Source: Okamejei kenojei
Taxonomy: Eukaryota
Reading direction: 5' to 3'
Assembly: GCA_035221665.1 (NCBI GenBank)
Contig: CM069165.1
Coordinates: 19,902,001-19,966,000, forward strand
Length of the DNA: 64,000 bases
Shown: piece after piece, positions 12,401 through 27,400 of the stretch
Layout of the letters: each line of letters opens with the position of its first letter
Position numbering within the stretch: position 1 is the stretch's first letter
Translations under genes and position numbers: made by a program
Notes under the pieces: generated by a model
What the model saw: the letters and a program-made list of their open reading frames with translations, nothing else
The model's database searches: none
Told to the model about the DNA's origin: nothing

Positions 12401-15400
12401 TGGTACACCAAGGACAGGTTCTACAAAATTAAAAATCATCAGCATAATATATATTTACCTTTTTACCCCAAAAATGTGCAACTCCTTTTATATAATTCCA
12501 ACAACAATAACACTTCCAGAGATGCGCTGAATAATCAACGCCCATAATTTCGGAAGCATACAGTGATTAACAAACATTGAAAATATGCCCTGAAAAAGAG
12601 CAGTTAAAACACAGCACATTAAAGTGCCCTTTATAACACAGAAGAACCCTGATTTATTGAGGGTAAACAATAAAATTGGGAAGTAAAATATAACAAATGT
12701 CACCAAATTGTGCAGGATAAGGGGGAATATTAAAAGGTAAAAATATTTATTGTATGTGTAGACACTGCCAATTACTATTTCAGTTTCACAATTGGCCAAT
12801 ATAATGGTACTGGTTCATACTAGCTGACTCACATCAAAAATTGTGAATGCCCACACTCATGCACAGTATGTTGACATTAACTAAAACTAATTGCATACTG
12901 TGTCGAGTGGATTGAAGGAAAAATCTTCCATGAACCAAAAGAATGCTCATACCAGACGGCCCCGTATTCAAATACAGAGGCAGCATTAGGGACATACAGT
13001 GCATTCAGAAAGTTTTCAGACCCCTTCACTTTTCCTGCCACCACATGCTGGAAACTCTGCCACAAACTCTGCCATTTCAGGCATCTCTACTTTCTCATTA
13101 GCTCTACTGTATTATCTGTACTTTCACTGATATTAATTGGTCCATTTTAGAGTGATCCCCAAGGGAGCTGGCTAATGAATGCAAACTTCTTTTTGTTATT
13201 GATTCTGTTTTCCAACCTGACCACATCCTCCTTTATATCAGTATTGCTGAAAATGTGGGATCACAGTTTAATCAGCATTTCCTACTACCTTAATTTAGGA
13301 ATATGCTTAATGTCATCAAATTAAAAAGTTAAACATGGAGCATATGTTTTTCACCTTGATTAACTGTTTGTTTGAAGAGTTCATCCTTTAGACGAGGCAA
13401 GAAACAATCGATTCTTTCCCATGTAATCTCCCAAAGCTGGGAATAACCAGTCCTCGACTCAGCACAGTGAAAAATGCCAGCTGTGTCCATGACCAGTAGC
13501 ATGTTCTTTAGTGATTCTGGAATTGCTTCTAACTGAAAGGAAAGACATTATCAACATTCCACAGCAGAATGAAAAATGTACAAATAATAGAATATTTGTT
13601 AGCATATTCCACTGGAATTAAGTTTTTTTTCACTTGACAAGATAATTCATTTTATACGTTGAGAATGAGGTGCTTCAAGGCTGGGTCTGCATGAATTCAA
13701 TGCAAAACTGACCCACAGCGTTTTTTTTTATTTTAGAGTCAACGAGTTTGGGCAAAAATATTTCCTGTGCTGTCACTATTGATGATTAGATCCTAAATCT
13801 GAACATTCAGAATAAATATATAACATTCAATAGTAACTAGTAAGGAAATAAGGTCAAAACCCTTGATCATCATGTCATACCTATATACTATTAAAACTCT
13901 GTGTGTGTGTGTCTGCCGACCGACTGGCCAGATGTGCTCTTTTATACCACGGTTTGCCAAAACCACACTTTCAAACCCCGAGATATTTTCCATTTTGCCA
14001 CACATTACACTTTTACATTCACAAATGCACTCCTCGTTACATTTAGATATTTTTATGTACACTTTTTAACATAAAATCCTTCACCCCCCCCCCCCCCCCC
14101 ACACACTCACTCATTTTGTGGCCTACTGCTGGCCAGACACCATAACGGCAGCTGCTGCAGCACTCACTCATTTTGTGGCCTCCTGCTGGCCAGGCACCAT
14201 AACTGCAGCTGATGCAGCTCACGCCTCCAAAAACGCCGCCTTTTTTTTCCCCGCGGCCGATTTTCGCGACTGAAGCACGTTCGGGGACCAGACCCAACTG
14301 GTCTAGTACCTATTAAAAGTCTGATTTTGTATGTGTGTTCATTTGTTTGTGTTATTTGTTTGTGTATAATCACATCTTCTCGAAAAACCGACGCGCTAAC
14401 GGTAAAAACTTTACATATTCCGGGAGAGATTTTTTCCGTGGAGTCCAAAATCAACGCATCTCAAAAATTCATGCTTTATTTCTCGAGTTATTAATGAAAA
14501 CGTTCAAAAATCTGGAAAAACGTTGGGGAAAAAAACACTCTTCTTGCTCGAGCTGCGAGTGACGTCACCCCCCCCCCCCACCCCCCCAGACCACTCCCCC
14601 CCACCCCCCCAGACCACTCCCCCCGTACTCGGGCCCTACCTCATGGAGCCTGCAGCTGGAAGCGAGGGACTATTGCGTTCGGGAACTACCCCATGACGAC
14701 ATGCCCCCTCCCATTAAAAACTCTACGCCCCCCCTCAAACTCTACCACCCCCCATCCTGCTTCCCACGCCACCCGTGGGGGTTACGGGTAGGGGACGGGT
14801 GCGGTGGAGGAGCAGACCCAATGGATCTAGTATTTTATAAAAATGCCCTGAAGTAATTTACTGGCTGAATATTAAAGGTTTTTTACAAGATTAAGCAGCA
14901 TTTTGTATCAGATAAAGAGAATATGTAATTTTCTAATATTTTTGTTTAAACGACTAACTATGTAAGTGTTAATTATTTGCACTATCACAACGTGTATAGT
15001 TGTGTGAAGCTACAGTGTATTCAGAAAGCATTCAGACCCCTTCACTTTTTCCACATTTTGTTGTAAAATAGATTAAATTCATTTTTTTAAATCATCAATC
15101 TACACACAATAACCCCGTAATTAAAAAGTGAAAACTGGTGTTTATAAATTTTTTGCAAAGTAATGAAAAATAAATAACTGAAATATCACATTTACATAAG
15201 TATTCAGACCCTTTACTCAGTATTTTGTTGAGGCACCTTTGGCAGCGATTACAGCCTCAAATCTTCTTGGATATGACGCTACAAGCTTGGCACACCTGTA
15301 TTTGGGTAATTTCTTCCATTCTTCTCTCCAGATCCTCTCAAGCTCTGTCAGGTTGGATGGGGAGCGTCAGTGCACAGCTATTTTCAGGTCCCTCCAGAGA

Positions 15401-18400
15401 TGTTCAATCGGGTTCAAGTCCGGACTCTGGCTGGGCCACTCCAGAACATTCACAGACTTGTCACGAAGCCACTCCTGCGTTGTCTTGGCTGTGTGTTTAG
15501 GGTCGTTGGCCTGTTGGAAGGTGAACCTCCGCATCAGTCTGAGGTCCAGAAAGCTCTGGAGTAGGTTTCCATCAAGGATCTCTCTGTACTTTGCTCCGTT
15601 CATCTTTCCCTCGATCCTGAATAGTCTCCCAGTTCCTGCCGCTGAAAAACATACCTACAGCATGATGCTGCCACCACCATGCTTCACCGTAGGTATGGTA
15701 TTGGCCAGGTGATGAGCGGTGCCTGGTTTCTTCCAGACGGTATTCAGGTCAAAGTTCAATCTTGGTTTCATCAGACCAGAGAGTCCTTTAGGTGCCTTTT
15801 GGCAAACTCCAAGCGGGCTGTCATGTGCCTTTTACTGAGGAGTGGCTTCCGTGTGGCCACTCTACCATAAAGGCCTGATTGGTGGAGTGCTGCAGATGTA
15901 GTTGTCCTTCTGGAAGGTTCTCCCATCTCCACAGAGGAACTCTGGACCTCTGTCAGAGTGACGATCGGGTTCTTGGTCACATCCCTGATTAAGGCCCTGA
16001 TCCCCTGATTGATCAGTTTGGCCGGGCGATCAGCTCTATGAAGGTTCCAAAGTTTTTACATTTAAGAATGACGGAGGCCACTGTGCTCTTCAGTACCTGC
16101 AACGCTGCAGAAATTGTTTTATACCTGTCCCCAGATCTGTGTCTCTACACAATCCTGTCTCAGAGTTTCTACAGACAATTCCTTTGTCTTCATGGCTTGG
16201 TTTTTGCTCTGACATGCACTGTCAACTGTGGGACCTTATATAGACAGGTGTGTGCCTTTCCAAATCATGTCCAATCAATTTAATTTACCACAGTTGGGGT
16301 CCAATCAAGTTGTAAAAACATCTCAAGGATAATCAATGGAAACAGGATGAATCTAAGCTCAATTTTGAGTGTCATAGCAAAGGGTCTGAATATTTATGTA
16401 AATGTGATATATATATATTTTTTTTTAATTGCTTTGCAAACATTTCTAAACACCTATTTTTTCTTCTTCATTCTGAGGTATTGTGTGTAGAATGATGATT
16501 AAAAAAAAAGAGTTTAATCCATTTTAAAATAAGGCTATAACGTAACAAAATGTGGAAAAAGTGAAGGGGTCTGAATACTTTCTGAATGCACTGTATGCAA
16601 GCTTGAAGCTGTGACAGTTCTATAACAAAACCTGTGCATGCTGTATCTCTAAATTATCGACAGAAAGGATTCAAGAAAATCATCATTCATAAGATGCTTA
16701 AACAAATTGTTGAATTGTCACAAAGAAAAAAAACTGGACCAGAACTTAAACGGTAATTTTGAGGGAGACTTTGATACGAGATAGATTCTCTTACCAGCAA
16801 GTCACTGGATCCTGCATGCATATACTTGTCCATGAAATCCAGGATCGTTAACCATAGAGCAGCAAATGTTGGTAGAGACAACAATGGAGACAAATGTTGG
16901 AGGAAAACCTTTAGATGGGCAGAAAAGGAGAAATATTATTACAAAAGAAAGTCAATGTTGCCAAATGACCAGTCAAGTTCATTTAGTGGATCTTGTGTTT
17001 CAATTCAGTCTTCTTTCAAATGCTAACAACTCAGGCCCACCACTCATGAACTGAAAACATTGTACTCATATTAATCCTTTGCAACTACTATCAGTCCACC
17101 ATAGATTGTCAGAAGATTTAAACCTCTAATTTTACATAACTATACAATTTTAATGTAAATCAAATTTAGTCAATGGTAGTTCATGTGAATTATTATGATC
17201 TGATGTGAGATGCAGAGCTTGACATCAACAGCCAACAGATTGAACTGAATTTTGAACAAAAGTATAAATCACTCAATGATGTTAGTTTATTTGACTTTCT
17301 ACCGTCTATGCCGGCTGGTAAGAGAAAAATGCACTCTGGGAGGTAGCTTTCTACAAAGGTAGAAAATATTACGGTTATCTTTCCCATCCCTACTACCTTA
17401 TATTCAGCATAATGCAGTTATTCCTATTTTGTTTTACCTACTGGCTTCCAGTTCAACAACATCTCATTTGTTTATACATAGATAGCCAATAATTAGCTTT
17501 TAAAAAGAATCACCTAAAGCAATTCTCCAGATCAATTGTACAAGAGCTGCCTGAACAATGTGGATATATGGAAATACATCACCAGTAGCAACTCATGGAA
17601 CAAGTATATGTTTCTGAATCTATATTTCTGAGTCATTCATTCAATTTTGAATAATTTACACACAAAATCAAATCTTTGTTACCAGTGTGGCAAAATACTA
17701 TATTGTACATGCATAGCCCAAATGGACAGTGGACGTCATCACAGCCCCAAACCCGTCTCATCAAAACAAGGACGACAAACTCACTTTGCAAAGCAAGGTT
17801 GAAGCTCGCATTCTGGTCTCTTCCATCCCTCCGACATCAGCTGGACTGATATTCTCCAAAAGCTTGGTCAGTAATGGAAACAATACCTTCACAAACAAAT
17901 AACATGATTAAGCAATTGCTAATTTATTTTAATCTGTTTAAAACATGGATTTTTTTTAAATTGTTGGTGGTGAGGCTGCTTTGTACCTTGTTAAAGCAGG
18001 ATTCCCATTCTAAAGCATCCAGTGTTTGCAGATCATGCACTAATAGTGCTCTTTGTAGGTAAGTAAGTGCTTGCATTCTGACTTGGCGCCTGGCATCACA
18101 ACAAAGCCACGCAATGCCTGAAGAGACAATGTACAGAGATGGATTTGAGGCCCACCTAAAAGTCCGGCAGTCATTTGTTTTTAATGCATTGTACATAGCA
18201 CCACAATCTGTCTGAAAACTCTTATTTCTCCTCTGAGATTGTATTGAGATCCATCAATAAGCACTTTAACGTAAGACCATTTTGTTCTACAATCTACATT
18301 TGGAAATTGTAATGGTTCACTAGACTTTTAAATGGAACAAAACAAAACCATTCACAAAGGATTAATATGGATGTCATTTAAAAATCTTAGAAACATAGAA

Positions 18401-21400
18401 CTGTAATGCTAGTTTATAGCAAAGATAAACACAAAGTGCTGGAGTAATTCTGCGGGTCAGGCGTGCATCTGGAGAAAAAGGATTGGTGACTTTTTGGGTT
18501 GGGACCCTTCTTCAGACTGAAAGTAGGGTGGGGGGAGGGGGGAGGGGGGAGAAGAGCTGCAGGCAAGACCAGGACTAATCAGAGCCAGCCACAAACGACG
18601 TCAGGCAAGGCAGTACCCTACCTACCCAATGTTGGCAAGGGAAGAAGTGTTCTCAAGCAGAAAAAGCGTGGAGAACTGTGGAACTAATTAAAAAAAAAGA
18701 CCAGGAAGGAAGGAGGGAGAGTGTAAGTAGAAGTTACTTAAAATTAGAGGTCAATGTTCATACCGTTCGTTAGCTGGAGCTTAGTCTGAATTATTACTCT
18801 TAAAAGGCATACATTGTTCAAGCAAATGATGGACTGTTTAACCATGACATGTGCCTTGGTATAGAAGGATCCTTCCTTGGTAAGCTCTCCCATTTTCAGC
18901 ATATGAAACAATCCAAATACAGACAAAACAGGAATGAGACTTCAGGTTCTGAGGATCAAGCCATATTGATAAGAAATACAGGGCTATCCAATCCAACTGC
19001 CACCAGATAGTTTAAGAGAACAACATGGGACATTAAAAAGGCAGCACAGGAACTGGTCCCTTGTCCACAATGTGTGTGCCCAACATGATAACGTCTTCTG
19101 CCCGCATGCGATCCATCACTACGTGCCTCCATTCCCTGCACATTCATATGTCGATTACAAAAGCCTCTTAAACGCCACTATCATATCTGCTTCCATCATT
19201 CCCTTGGCAGTGCATTCCATGCTCATGGTGTATAAAAAGAAACTTGCCCCACACATCTCCTTTCCCCCTCTGACCTTAAAACTGCTCCCTCCAGCATTAA
19301 GGTCATAAGGGATAGGAGCAGAATTAGGCCATTCAGCCCATCGTCTACTCCTCCATTCAACCATGGCTATCTCTCTCTCCGTCCTAACCCCATACTCCTG
19401 CTTTCTCCCCATAACCCCTGACACCCGTACTAATCAAGAATCTATCTATCCCTGCCCAAAAAATATCCATTGACGGCCACCACAGCCTTTGGTGGCAATG
19501 AATTCCACAGATTCACCACCTTCTGATTCAACAAATTCCTCCTCATCTCCTTCCTAAAGAAACATCCTTTAAATTCTGAGGCTATGACCTCTAGTCCTGG
19601 AATCTCCCACAAGTGGAAACATCCTCCAGATCCACTCTATCCAAGCCTTTCAATATCCGGTAAGTTTCAATGAGATCCCCCCCTCATTCTTCTAAACTCC
19701 AGCGAGTACAGGCCCAGTGTCGTCAAACACTCATCATATGTTAACCCATTCATTCCTGGGATTATTCTTGTAAACCTCTGGACCCTCTCTAGATCCAGCA
19801 CACTCTTCCTCAGATATGGTGCTCAAAATTGCTCACAATGCACCAAATGCAGCCTGACCAGTGCCTCAGCATTACATCTGTTTTTGAAATAAATGCTATA
19901 ATTACGTTTGCCTTATTTGCTACTGATTCAACTTGCAGATTAACTTTTTGGGAATCCTACACCAGCACTCCCAAGTCCCTTTACATCTCCGATTTCTGGA
20001 TTCTCTCTTCATTTAGAAAATAGTTTACGCCTTTATTCCTACCATCAAAATGCATGACTCCACACTTTGCTACACTATATTCCATCTGCCACTTCTCTGC
20101 CCACTCTCTCAACCTGTCCAAGTCCATCTGCAGAGTCCCTGCTTTCTCTACAATACCTGCCCATCCACTTATTTCCAAATCATCCCCAAACTTGACCACA
20201 AAGCCTTCAATCCCCTCATCCAAATCATTAATACGCAACGGGAAGAGTAGCGGGCCCAACAGCACCGACCCCTGCGGAACTCCGTAAATTGTCTTTGACA
20301 TTTCCACTCTGGGGAAATTGGTTCCAACTGTCTACTCTATCTATGCTTCTTGGAATTTCCTCTCAGCTTCCTATGCTACAGACAAAACAATCCAAACCTC
20401 CTTTTGTAACTAATACCCTCTAACAAACGAATTTTAGATTTCATAGAATGTATTGCTGCAGATGTATCATACATCTTGTGTGATGCAACAAGCCGTGTTG
20501 GTTACACCAGTGAGGAAGCGTCATTTAGCTCCATCTAATATATCTAACTGGGAGAAGAACGGAGATACTAGGCCAATACAAAGACCTACAATATTTCATA
20601 TTTTGATATAGTGAACTTTTTCCCCCCATTTATTATATTGTTTACATATGTTTACATATTCTGCTGTGCTGCTGCAAGTCAGAATTTAATTGTTCTATCT
20701 GGGACATATGACAATAAAACACTCCTGACTTGACTCTAATTTCTGCTCATTACTTTGAAAGCACGAGCTCCAAGAGCTCATAAACATACGCAACTTATGA
20801 ACCACCTCCCCACAATCCGGTCGTAATGGCTCACCTTGCAACAGCGGACACCAGCACTTCGACCACAAAGTTCTGGCATCAGCATCAATTTTCTTTCCTG
20901 CTGGCTCCAGGTGGCGCTGTTCTTCAGCCCAAGAGCTGTAAATGTTGGCAGCTCTGGTGTGTAGTGTGTGCATCAAATCCAGAAGCTGAATCAAGAGACA
21001 CGAGCAAGTTAGCTGGCTCTTGTAGGCATTTCATATTGAAACTACAAAGTATCTTTTAAAACATGACCCTTGAGCTTGGTCCAACATTCAATTAAACCAT
21101 GGCTTGCTCTTAACTCTATTTCCTTACTTTGGTTATATTTTATACCCTTGTCCAACAAAGGTCAATTTTCAAACCTTAAACTGAAACATAGCTTTCAAGC
21201 TTCTATCGAAGACAACTACTGCATGAAGTTGTGCTTCTTGACATCACCCGAGTGCCCTAATTCAGGGTTTGAGCTAATCCCAACCAAAACACTGATATCT
21301 CGATTTAGTCCACTAAATCATCGCAAAAAAAAAAAAAGTAATTTGATCATCCCTTAATTTTCCAAAACTTGCAAGAATACAAACTACTAATCTTACAATT

Positions 21401-24400
21401 TAACCTGAGCCCCAGTATTATTCTGGTAACAATGTTACACTTGAGTAACACCCTGATTTGAACACAGCACCGACATATTTACCTCCTGTAGGACATATCT
21501 ACAGGGGGAACATACACAACAATAGGATTTGTGTGGTGTAGAGAAGAGGATTTTGGAGTATACATTCATACATATGTATAAGGCATACAAGATAGTTTCC
21601 TTCATTGGTTATCATACAGAACAAAGAACAGGAAGTCACTCTAGAATTATGTACACCTGAAGGCACAGCAACTACTAGAATTCAGATAACCATAGAATGG
21701 AAAAGGCGCAAATGTGCCATAGACCAGATTTACAAGGACGCTGAAAGGACTGGGAATGGTCTGCCACGGAGAAAACGTTGGATAAGCTAGGATTGTTTAC
21801 TTTGAAACAAAGGTAGCTGAGGGGAGACAATTAAAATGTATAAAATTGAGGTCCAAATAAACTTGGAGCACACATTTCATTGAGCACAAGTGGGGAAAGA
21901 AAAAAAGAGTATAAATTTAATCAATAAAATGTATAGTCACCCAAAACAAATTTGAGATTTTAAGTCTCAAACAGCAGCCCACAAAAAGTTAACTGAGGAG
22001 TTTAAAGGAGTTGTGTAGGACATTCCCCAAAAGGTGCACTGCTAATTTAAATCAGACAGCAATAAGACAGAGCTTGATCCAAGATGGGGAGGGAGGTGCT
22101 AGAACAGAAAGATAGTGGGAAGGCAAGTTTACTGAGTTACTCTTGGTCAATTCAAACGGTGGAAGTTTCATAATAAGAAACTCTGAAAAACTAAGAAAAA
22201 GGAATTTTTAAAAAAGGATTCCAAGTTCGACAGGACAGTCTCATTGAGAACAGGCAGCATGAGGCAAGATGAGGAATCGGAAAGACCTGCTATACTTACA
22301 TCCTGACTAACCTGCAATGACACAGTGTGATAACTTGCTGGTACACTGTCATCTTCATCATCATCACTATGCAACTTTGATGGACGATGGTTAAAAGACT
22401 TGGACCGTTTCATCGAAGTCTCCTTTTCCTTTTGTTTCTTCTTTAGTCGGTTTGATTTGTCAAATTTGTATGTTTTAGATTTCCTTTCATGTGTTTTATA
22501 CCCTGCAACAAGCCCCAAATTACAAAAATACCAACTGTGATATCAGCAAACCAATGTGGAAGGAACAAATCCAATCCAATGGTCGACAAGCCATGAGGAT
22601 GGTAACACCACAATTTTAGCCACATGTACTTTCATAGATAATACCTTACCTGGTCTCAAACAATTCTGAAAAGAAATATACGTGGCAGTCTGCAAAACAT
22701 CATCTGCCACCCCTGTAAACTGCTTCTTCTCTTAGCATTTCACAAACATGCAGACGCTCACATGCATATCATGCAAGAATGGGTACTGAGATCATAGCTG
22801 TATATTAATCTTTACTGAATGACATGATGTAATGAAAAACAGCTGGATTCCTTAGTTATTACCAATGATTTGCATGTCTATGCCTGGGTTGATTTTTGAA
22901 AGACCCAAGAGGTTTAAAATTCTAAAATTATCATTGCTGGACTGTAAAGCAAAGCAAAAAAGATACGCATAACATTTTAATTTATTAGTCACAATTTGCT
23001 GCTTAATGTGAAATGCAGATTTTTAGTGCGGATCAAGAGAAAGGAAACACTTCCACAACTTACCACCGTTGAGATTTGCTTCTACAAAGATGCGAATTGT
23101 TTTTACACAAAGTTCAAAATTTTCTGGTGTTACATGGGCAGCATCTCTTACAATAAACGACAGTGATTCCACACACTTGATAAGCGACTTAGTATCGTGT
23201 GAGCCCAGATCCTGTCCCAAAGTTAGGCTGTACTGATTGACTAGAGGAGAGCATCCCGGCTTCATGCCTTGGCCAGAGGTTTTGTTGGTATCCAAGTCAT
23301 CTCTCCCCACCTGCCAAAAATATCATCAACAATGTGAGCAATCAGATTTAGAAGTTTAGAAATATACAAAAACATTCTTGCATTATTGCTTCTTTTAGGT
23401 ATATGGTATTAGTGTGCTTCATAATCATGTATCAGTATCCAAGTATATGAAACTCGCATTAAATAGCATCTTAATCAACGTCCCACGAAACAGCACTGTC
23501 AACCTTGTGCATTTAACACACTGCAAAATATTTTGAATTATTAAATGTGCACTGGGATTTGGAGACACAAGAAACTGCAAATCTTTAGTCAGTTAGCAAG
23601 ATCCCAACTCGAAATGTTGTCTGAGCATTCCCTCCACACAAGCAGCCTGACCTGTTGTGTTCCTCCAGCACGTTCTGTTTTTCATGTTGTGCACTAGGTG
23701 AGATAGTCAGTGAGCAAAAAGTTGAGTTTTCCAAGGCTTAGAGAGACAATTACTTTCCTTTTGATGTGTAGCAACTATTTAAATTGAAAGGAACATGTTG
23801 AAATGAATTGGCCGAAGATCCTGAGAAGAAGATTGTTTGAAAGTATGGTTTCTTACCATCTGGAATATAGAAACATATTCAATAATAACTTGCAAAAATG
23901 AAAATGCATTTAGTTTTGAGGTGGAATATATAGAATTCCGAAAACAAAGTTGGAGTACAACTGATTGAATTGCCCTTCTGAAAGAAATAGAATAAGTACA
24001 TCAATCCTTCTAAGCTACTGTATCATGGACAATGCACACACCAAGGTGCTCAGTTAATCCAAAGACATTGGTAAGGTCCAATTGGAGTACTGTGTATGCT
24101 TTGATTCGCCCTGCTATAGGAAGGATGTTATTAAACTTCAAATAATGCAAAAACAGATTTATAAGGATATTATTGGGCTAGCCAGAAGAGGATGGTTCTG
24201 CCAAGTCTTCTGTTCCTGGAATATTGGAGACCAAGGGGTGACCTGATAGAGGTTTATAAAATCATGAGGGGCAATGATAAGGTGAATTGCCAGTCTGTTC
24301 CCCAGCAAAGGGTAGTCTAAATCTAGTGGGCATAGGTTCAAGGCAAGAGGGGAAAGATTTAAAATGGACCCGAGAAGCAACTTCTTCACACTGAGGGAAG

Positions 24401-27400
24401 TGGAAACATGGAACAAGCTGCCAAAAGAAGCGGTAAAGGAGGATTCAATTATGACATTTTAAAGACAGGTGGACAGTTATGTAGATAAAAAAGGTTTGGA
24501 GAGATATGGGCCAGGTGAGGCAAGTGGGACCAGCTTGGTTAGGCAACTTGGGTCGGCATCGCTGGTTTGGTCCAAAGCTGTTTCATATTGCATAGCTCTA
24601 TGGTTCTCTATTAAAAACACTCACTGCAGATTAGCAAACTGTGGTGAAAACTTTTTTTTGCAATAAATGAATGTTAATAATTTCCAAACATTATTATTAC
24701 TGTGTTTCACTATTGTTAGTTGTTTATTTTTCTTATAATACTGAACTTTGTTGTTGATTATCGTGTTTACAGAGTTCTATCTGTTGTAAGAATTCCATCG
24801 TTCCCTTTCGGGACACATGGCAATAAAACGCTCTCGACTCTTGGAAACAAGAAGTGAAAATGCGTACAGTTCACTTGTACATGACTCACCACCAGCCAGC
24901 CACTGCTGGCAATGTCAACTTCAGTGGCAGAACGGTGTACCTTGGTCTGCTTCCCATGCTCTGCATACACTTCAGAGTCTGAGGTGTAGCCACGATCTGA
25001 ATTAACTTCACTAGGATGGTAGGATGCAATTTCACTATCAGATTGCGCACCTTTTAAAGAAGCACAACATTCTTTACTGTAAGATCACGCACACTGAAGT
25101 ATAAATGCTTAAATTCCAAAATAATAACAGAAAATCCGAATCTTTATTTCTCGGCAGTTCCAACAATATCTGTGCAAGATATGGTTAACATTTCACGGGT
25201 GACACTACTGCCTAGCGGTAGATCTGCTTGCTCCCTTACAGCAGACAGAGATCCGGGTTTGATCCTGACTACAGGTGCTTGTCTGTACGTTCTCCCTGTG
25301 TGTGTTTTCTCCAAGATCCTCCCACATTCCAAAGACGTACAGGTTTGCAAGTTAATTGGCTTGGTATGAAAGTAAAATTGTCCCGAATACGTGAAGGAAG
25401 AGGAACAGTAGAGATATATTAAGATCATACAAACCAAAGTCCAGCAGAAGAACTAACGCCAATGTAGATTGATTCCATTACTTATTCTTAATGGAATAAA
25501 TGATATCTAACCTGGACACATCCCAATAGGGAACAAGCACCCAAGATGCATGAACTTTAAGCTATTTTGCTTAACTTTCCCATTGCATCTTTCTACTATT
25601 CATGCCAGGAAAAAGAACCTTGGGGCATTTTCATGCTATTTTACATTTTCAAGTTGGTACCAGCCATGCTGGGAACCATACAAAGTACAACCCTGATATC
25701 TTCCGAGAATAAACACTTGGGCCCGCTGCACACATTTACTCCACTAAACCCATCTACTTGCAACCAGATAAATGAACCCACATTGACAATGTTGTTAGTT
25801 GCCCAAAACTGAGAGTGAAGCCACTGGATGAAAACCCATGCATCTTAACTGGTTGCAACCTCATTTGGTTTTGATGCATTGGATAATTATCTAATCAAAC
25901 ACCGAGCTTGTACTGAATATGGGATTTTTGAGATCTAAATATATGCATCTCCTGCATCCCTCAAAAAACGAAAAATTGAGTAGTCAGATATCCTGGGCCA
26001 CTTACAAATTTCCTTTGTAGGTCCACTTTTCAGAGACCAGCTCACCCTGCCTATTCATATGTAGTGTAAGTGTGACATTGAAGAATGAAGGAGCTAATAT
26101 TTTAAGGAATTCAAAAAATCTACATACTTCATAATAAATCGCCTAAATTCTGAATGTGATGCGGAAAGCACCCTTTCCAGATGATCGCAATGTTTAAAGA
26201 TGTTTCTGTTAGTTAAAAATGGCAGCAATTCTCTATTACAGCAGAGCATCTTTTACAAATATTGATCTATGTTGAGTGTGCATGCACATTTAGCTGCAAT
26301 AAATTCTAATAAATTGCAATTTTAATTCCTACTATAAGATTACAAGACCATTTAGAAATACTTTGCCACCTCATAATGCCAATTTCCTGTTAGAAAGCTC
26401 GTAAAAGAGCAGGATTTCCTATTTTTAAAGTACCTAATTAACAAAGCCCACCTATCCATCTGTGACATTTATCACATTTTGTTTACTTATAATAAGCTCA
26501 GCTCAAGTTCAGTGTTTATAGCAAAGAGTGAAATTCAATACACTGTTTCATTAATGGACCCCTTGTTAGATCAATGAGATTTACAGAATATATTAGCGTT
26601 AATTAAAAAGGCTTCATTTACAGTAAGCAGCTGAAATACCGGGTATCCAATTTCACTTTGCATCCTTATTTTCAGTTTGTTTCCTTCTCCACTATCTTTC
26701 CTGCTCTGTTTTGTCTTAAACGAACCATCCTACCACAACTAGAGAGCAGTCCTGAACTACTATCTACCTCAATGGGGACCCTCGGACTATCTTTGATCGG
26801 ACTTTACTGGCTTTATCTTGCACTAAATGTTATTCCCTTATCATGCATCTGTGCACTGCGAGTGGCTCGATTGTAATCATGTATTGTCTTTCCGTTGACT
26901 GGTTAGCATGCAACAAAAGCTTTTCACTGTACCTCGGTACACGTGACAATATACTGAAACTGAAAGATTAACTGAAATGAAGTAAACACCAGCTGCTTGT
27001 TAGTGGATATGCCTTCACTTGACATAACATCTGAGCGGCTGCTTAGTAAAAGGTAATTTTGGAAATTAACCTGCATCATGGCTATCGACTCCAGATGCTA
27101 TCTGTAGAGCAGGTGGAGGTTTGACTCCTGCGCCAATACATTCTAGGAGGGTAAACAAGGTACACCAGTCATCACTCGAGTGAATGTTGGCAGCATTGGT
27201 CTTCAGCAGCTCATGCAAGCCATATGCAATCTGTCGGCTCACTCTTGATAAGACAATTGGTTTCATCATGAGCAGAACTCTCAAGGACAGAAGCACCTGA
27301 AAAATAAATCAAAATATGTTAGACAAAAATATAATTCATTTTATTTCATTCTATTATTTGAAGTGCAATTAGAACTGTCTTGATACAATACTTCATGAGA

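Noticed and set aside
14104-14217. Direct repeats resembling a CRISPR array
   Set aside because: Two adjacent copies without spacers in a vertebrate repeat, and no cas genes.
15239-15712. 157-aa plus-strand ORF
   Set aside because: Antisense shadow of the Tc1 transposase.
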